Shown here: in pieces, positions 57,450 through 64,000 of the stretch
How the letters are laid out: each line of letters begins with the position of its first letter
How positions within the stretch are numbered: position 1 is the stretch's first letter
NCBI RefSeq assembly: GCF_009914755.1
Contig: NC_060930.1
Source: the human T2T-CHM13v2.0 reference genome, Homo sapiens
DNA length: 64,000 nucleotides
Reading direction: 5' to 3' (one strand)
Notes under the pieces: model-generated
Told to the model about the DNA's origin: nothing
Database searches by the model: none
What the model saw: the letters and a program-made list of their open reading frames with translations, nothing else
Position numbers and translations under genes: made by a program

Positions 57450-58224
57450 CAGGCTTTTGGTAGGCCTGCCCAGGTTCAGTATGACCACTGGGGGTGATCC
57501 ACACGTGAACCAAAGCCAGATCCCAACTACACATGGGAGTTTCATAAAAAGAAATCCACCCTTAACATCATATTAGGAAAAAATAAGATCGAATATTTTC
57601 AGATCTGAGCAGGCATTCAGGTCTACTCAGCAGAAAAAAATTTTTTGAAGAAATGTAATCTAGTAGCAGTCATTTATAGACATCCTGAATACAGACATTT
57701 ATCCACACTCCAGTCACACCGAATCAGTTTCAGATGGGAGTTCTAGAATCCTCTTATTAGTATTATTTTAATCTTTCTCTCTTTTTCCTCCTCACTCTTC
57801 TGCCCAAGGTCCGGAGTCTAGTCTCCTTGTATCCCAGAGGGACGTGGTTAGGTTTATTCTGCAGCTGAAGAAGCTCATGCTTCAGGGCCTGTCACTAACT
57901 GAAGCCTCTTCCAAGCCCTGCACCTCCTTTTGTGTTTGAATTTATGAGTTCTACTCCTTCAAAATGACCTCCCGAGTTAATTACACTCTAGATCACACAA
58001 AACATGACCCCTCCCCTGGGAGATGACAGGTATTGCTGGTCCCAAAGGGAAACCATGGGTAGCTCCCTGTAGTCTTTTCCCATCTTCAGGATGGAGCATC
58101 TATAAGACAACCCTTCCTCATGTTAATAATGATGGATTTCTCACTGCATAACTTGGATATTTCATGCTAAAATACTCCCCCACTTCCAGGAATCAGAGGC
58201 CTAAGAAAGGGAAAGTCTATACAC

Positions 58225-58390
58225 CTCCCTGAGATAGGGATTTTTACCTCTCATTCGTAGATAAGAACAATGATGCTCAAAGAGCTTGACAAGTCATTTA
58301 TCTAAGATCATGCAGCTGGTAAGAGATCCAGTCAGAATTTGAACCCAGGTCCTAAACTCCTAAACTGGTGTTTCTTATTTTATCCTGTGT
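58225..58390 (-). mobile_element. MIR fragment
   Basis: TAGATAAGAACAATGATGCTCAAAGAG...AAGATCATGCAGCTGGTAAG...ATTTGAACCCAGGTC. Confidence 0.65.
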
Positions 58391-58922
58391 TCCTAATTCA
58401 TCAGAGGCAACCATTTGAAGAAAGAAATAATCTGGATCCTTCGTTTCAGAGTTAGGTAACTGAACATGCACTTGAGCCTTACAGAGTAACCTAGCCCCAA
58501 TAGTGCCAACATTTTTAGTGAACACAAAGATAAGTTTTGAGGCTTTCTCCCCTTGAGTTTTGAGGCTGCTTTCTCCCCTTTCACTTTTTTTTTTATACCA
58601 ATGTATGTTTCAGCAGGAAACGTATAGGATAAAATCCTTATACTTCAGGTGCTGATGTGCTTAAGCCACTTAACACTTTTTGGCTTAATTTTTTTAAGAG
58701 GGCTTTATGACTTGGAGCTAGAGCAATCCTAACGTGTCTGTGTGACGAACATGCTAATATTTGTGCTAACGGCAGGGTGCAAAATCCAGAAAGGCCAATG
58801 ACATGGGGCTGAGAGGCAGGACCTTCTTGTCACCCCTGTGTGACATAAGGGTTTCAACAAGGTGGACTTCCAGGAGTTGATCCAGTGGGGAGTGCAATGC
58901 AGAGGTGACAAGGAAGGGACAC

Positions 58923-59686
<764 letters not shown>

Positions 59687-60070
59687 GACCACCCTCTGGA
59701 TCATCCTTTTCACATACAAAATGCATTCACCCAAACCTAACACTCCTGAAAGTCTTGACGTATTCTAGTATCAACTCTAAGTTCAAAATCTCATTTAAAT
59801 ATCATCTAAATGAGGTGTGCGTGACAGTCAGTGTGATTCATTCTGGAGCAACATTCTTCTCTAGCTGTGAGCCTATGAAACCAGACAAGTTTACTTGCAA
59901 GATAGAAATGTTAGGACAGGTATAGGACAGACATGCCCATTCCAAAAGGGAGAAATCAGAAGGAAAAGGGGACTCAAAAGTTCCAAGCAGGTTCAAAACC
60001 TAGCAGGATAAATTCCATTAGATTTTAAGCTTTGAGAATAATCATCTGGCTTGATGCTCTGTCCTCTGAG
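59687..60070 (-). mobile_element. MaLR internal (MLT1-int) 3' segment
   Basis: Contiguous with the LTR; purine-rich PPT-like CAGAGGGTGG before the LTR TG on minus strand; CCCATTCCAAAAGGGAGAAAT motif typical of MaLR internal sequence. Confidence 0.65.
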
Positions 60071-60084
60071 CTCATTTAAATTAT

Positions 60085-60235
60085 GCAGAAAAAATTAATT
60101 TGCTTAAAGTCTACTGATTTAAAAGATTAATCATATCTAAAAAAAACACCTTCACAGCAACATCCAGACTGGTGGTTGACAAAGCAAATGAGCACAATAG
60201 CCTAGTTTAGTTGATACATAAAATTAACCATTGCA
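60085..60235 (-). mobile_element. MLT2 LTR 5' fragment
   Basis: AAAACACCTTCACAGCAACATCCAGACT...AGTTGATACATAAAATTAACCAT. Confidence 0.7.
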
Positions 60236-60552
60236 AATACTTTTTGAGAAATTACTAAAATATGTCCAAGATGGGAGAAAGTCAGGAAGAAGCTCTTAAG
60301 AGAGAAGGTGAAGACATGTTTTGGCTGCTTGTCTTAGGCTGTGTCCCAGAGGGGCAGGACTCAGAGGAGTCATCAGCGAAAGATTGTACAAAGCCTAGTT
60401 TTAATCTGTCACAATGCTTTAGATCAGAGGAATGCACAGAAAGAACTTTGTGCTTTCAGTTATGACAGAGCCAGAGAATTTTCTCTAGCATCCAGGGTGA
60501 AGAGCAGATGAGGTGACTAGGAAGTCAAGTGAAAATAGTGTCAGGAGTAGCC

Positions 60553-61097
60553 TGAGAGGTACCAGAATATGCCACCCCAAAATATGCCCCTTTGGCATAT
60601 GGATTATTTTGAGCTCGAGGCCATTAAGAACCAGCAGTCTCAGGAAAAGCTCTAAAACCAGGGCACATGGTTTCCCCTAATAAACGAAATTTAGATTTGT
60701 GGATATATCTCCCTCTCCCATACCAGGAAAAGGAGTACTCTTAACAACTCTTATCAATGAAGAAGGTACTGATTTAAATCCACATAACACACCTTACTAA
60801 ACAACTCTTGTCTACCATACTTTTCCTGGTCACCATCCCATAACTTGCCTCCCCCACTCAGAAGCCTCAAACCCCTTTTCCTGTGTTTTATGTTAAGGTG
60901 GTATATAAGCCCAAGTTCTAACCACTCCTTTGTGTTACTCACCTCTGGGTACTTCCATGTGTAATCATGATGCACATGTTAATAAACTGCTGCTTGCATT
61001 TCTCTTGCTAATCTGTCTTTTGTCAGTCCAATTTATAGGGCTCCAGCTGGAGAATCTAGAAAAGTAGCAGAAAAAATAATTTTTTTCCTCCCTTGTA
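60553..61097 (+). mobile_element. Solo ERV1 LTR, MER34-like
   Basis: TGAGAGGTACCAGAATATGCCACCCCAAAATATG; TATATAA at ~60902; AATAAA at ~60981; near-TSD AGCC/AGCT. Confidence 0.75.
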
Positions 61098-61207
61098 AGC
61101 TCTAAAAGACAACTGGATGATCTAGGGCTGGATGTGCTGGGAGGGGGAAAGCTACCCGTGACCTCCTAAACGTGTATCAACAGACCAATAGTCTATTGTA
61201 TTGTATT

Positions 61208-61209
<2 letters not shown>

Positions 61210-61277
<68 letters not shown>

Positions 61278-61313
61278 CCTACCTACCTACCTACCTACCT
61301 ACCTACCTACCTA
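61210..61313. repeat. Compound STR (TCTG)5(TCTA)12(CCTA)9
   Basis: Direct count. Confidence 0.95.
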
Positions 61314-61460
61314 TCAGACTTCAAGTGCCATGTGTTCGTCTTTTGCAAGGATATCTCCCCAGCAGGCAGCACAGGACCTTATGACTAGCAAGTATTCAAG
61401 TAAGAGCTATTGAATGAGAATGTCAATGGACTGCATCCAGCTTCCTAAAGCTCAGGTGAC

Positions 61461-61516
<56 letters not shown>

Positions 61517-61528
61517 TGTGTGTGTGTA
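61461..61528. repeat. (TA)n(TG)n repeat at Alu tail
   Basis: Direct read. Confidence 0.95.
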
Positions 61529-61794
61529 TTTTTGAGACCGTCTCACTCTGTCATCCAGGCTAAAGTGCAGTGGCATGGTCACCACTTACTGCAGCCTCAA
61601 TCTCCTGGGCTCAAGTGATCCTCCCACCTCAGCCTCCTGAGTACCTGGGACTACAGGATAATTTTTTTTATTTTTAGTAGAAACAAGGTTTCACTATGTT
61701 CTCCAAGCTGGTCTCAAACTCCTGAGCCCAAGTGATCCTCCAGCCTTGGCCTCATCCAAGTGTTGAGATTACAGGAGTGAGCGATTGTGCTGGT
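61529..61794 (-). mobile_element. AluJ (Jo-like) with internal deletion
   Basis: GCAGCCTCAATCTCCTGGGCTCAAGTGATCCTCCCACC. Confidence 0.85.
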
Positions 61795-62449
61795 CAACAA
61801 CAACAGTTTATAGCAGGGTGAGGAAGATGCAGTTTAGTTTGCAGAGTGCAGTGAACCTATCTCAAAGCCGTGTTTGTCAAGCCAGCACACTGTCTTTCCC
61901 TAGGTCATGTGGCTGTTTGCACAAGGCTGATAGCTGAAAAGTGGGAGATGTTAAAGCACCCCCAGCCACCCCTTGGCTGCCACAAAAGCCTGGTGGTTGT
62001 GTGATCCTATGTTAAGATAAAGTGAGTCGGAGGATGTCAGCCTGCTTTCTTCTGTTCTCAGTCTGTAACCAGAGATCCTAATCTTGATGCAAAGTTGAGG
62101 TTCACTTCTGGACATGCTTTATTCTAAAGGGCATGGGGGGAGGAGAAAGGGAGGAGCACATTTTGAGGAGGAGGGAGGCCTCTAAGAGAAATTCCTTCCT
62201 ACTGGGCGAGGGCAGCAGCACATTACCCATATACAACCTCCTGGAAGCCTTCTGTTTGTCCGTCTGTCTAGGGCCCATCTTGTGTGCACTGAAGGGAGGG
62301 ACATAGAGCAGGCAGCTGGGGTTTATGATGATATTTCCATATCAGCCTGTTTGGCACCAACGCACTACACAAAACATTCGACACGTGATATTCTTTTCCC
62401 TGGTATTGCTAACTTGCAATCTCTGTGGCTCAGGGGCCTCCTGCCTTTG

Positions 62450-63000
62450 AATAAGACTTGGGAGAGAACCAGACGGCGATCCGAGCCTCTAGCTTTCCAT
62501 TGACAAGGAGGCAGCTCCAAACTGGGATTACTGATTTCCATTTCAAAACTGCGTTCAATTTAGTTGATTTAAACGACTTGACTTTCCTCTGTGAAATGAC
62601 TGTGGCACGTGAGCTCAGCCAGTTGCTCTTTGAAAGGCATCAACACGCTCCCTGCAGGGACCGATGGAGCTCCGCCACCCATTGTTTATCTAAAAACAGC
62701 GTTTTATTATTGTCGCTCAATTAGGCCAGACAGCGGACACAAATGACTTTCAACAGCTACATCCTGATGCTGTGCATCACACATAAAATGCCAAAGACTG
62801 CTCTAATAGCTAGCTAATAAAATCAAAATGTGCCTTTGTTGACTCGAGATTACTCACATCGTCACTCTTTCTACCGAAGTCTCTTCTTAATCTAATTACA
62901 TACAATGTTTCCACTTTAGTAAAAGAACATTAACCTCAGTAATCAACAATTCTGTCCTCAATTTATTTATGAGCAAGCAACCAAGGTTTTTCTGAACGTA
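62450..63000. promoter_or_regulatory. Candidate enhancer (repeat-free, CpG-retaining, motif-dense)
   Basis: About 15 CpGs in 62460-62880; CACGTG 62606-62611; CATTGTTTATCT 62680-62691; TAATCTAATTA 62888-62898. Confidence 0.4.
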
Positions 63001-63444
63001 AACTTTGGAGGAGAGTTTATTTTCTATACACAAACTAGCATATTTTTTTCCCTCTCAAGGTCAACATATTACTGCCTCTAGGGTTTTTCCCTTCAAGCTT
63101 TTTTTTCTTTCCTAAAAATTGCACAATCTGTCATTTCACAGACACCCACGAAAAGCCACTCCTAGGTTTCTCCCTGTTGATACTAACTGCTGTGAAAATG
63201 CTATTATACGCAAATATTTCAACTGTTTTGCAAACATATGCTTTCATACACACATACTCACTGCAGACGCCATTGCCTGAAATAGGAAAGGCCCTTTGAA
63301 AAAGAAACGAAATGCATTGAGCCTCTCAACATTTGCCATTTTTCAATTGCGTCTTGGAAGCATGGATGACTTTAACATTTAGAAATTACATTTGTCAGTG
63401 ATTGCACTAGAACTTGGTTCTTTGAATGAAAAGATCCCTGACAC

Positions 63445-63560
63445 TCGATTTATACCTCTAATTTAGAGCATGGGAAAAGCTGAGGATCAGAGAAGTGAAG
63501 AGATTTAGCTCAGGTGAGTAACCACATGAGGGACTGGAACCCAGGAGTTCCGAGAGCTCC
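63445..63560 (-). mobile_element. MIR fragment
   Basis: GGGAAAAGCTGAGGATCAGAGAAGTGAAGAGATTTAGCTCAGG...GGGACTGGAACCCAGG. Confidence 0.6.
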
Positions 63561-64000
63561 CTGGATGGGCACAAACACAAAATACAAGAATCGGGGTAGT
63601 AAAGACTCCTCCTTATGGTGCGGTCATGAGGGCCTGGATTCTGCAGTGAGGGTTTAGTTGTTTAGCCGGATTGAAGCTGCACTTTGTGGCTGGCCGCCAC
63701 CACCCACCCCATTACCTTCATCTCAACACACACACATGCGCTCTTTGGTAATATAACAGTTCTCAAGTTTTCATTTGAGTTTAAGGTTGGACTACATCCA
63801 GGCCAAACATAAAGAAAATCTCAAGGCCGGCCCTCCCCTCCTGATGAGCCCTGCCAAGTTCCCTCAGGTTTCAGCATAGATGGGGAACCAATGTTACCTC
63901 ACGTCTCAAGACTCCAACTCTGGGCAGGCTTGGTCTCGCCTCCTCTCTGCACTCTCCTTGGGGTGAGAAGAAAGGGGGTGATGTTGGCAGTGTGACAGGA

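Overview
Primate (very probably human) non-coding genomic DNA. AluY, AluS, AluJ, THE1, MST and L1PB elements are present. I find no credible host protein-coding exon, functional RNA gene, CRISPR array or prokaryotic-type system. A large part of the window is interspersed repeat: about 20 Alu/FLAM/FRAM copies, many ERV1/ERVL/MaLR solo LTRs (several with 4-5 bp TSDs), old L1/L2/MIR fragments and hAT/Tigger DNA transposon fossils. The largest element is a ~6 kb LTR-less ERV-L internal region (gag-pro-RT-RNaseH-IN-dUTPase) whose coding frames are broken. Most notable: (i) a tailless 5S rRNA retrocopy (nt 1-42) between 15-bp target-site duplications at 16701-16769; (ii) an Alu-in-Alu whose poly(A) tail is replaced by a CT/C/TA microsatellite while its 17-bp TSD is intact; (iii) a dense LTR cluster in the first 8 kb; (iv) repeat-free, CpG-retaining blocks with clustered TF motifs (~9.7-9.9, ~52.7-55.0, ~62.4-63.4 kb) that are candidate regulatory elements. 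I see no evidence of a new biological system. Repeat subfamily names are recalled from consensus sequences and need Dfam/RepeatMasker confirmation; boundaries of old repeats are approximate.
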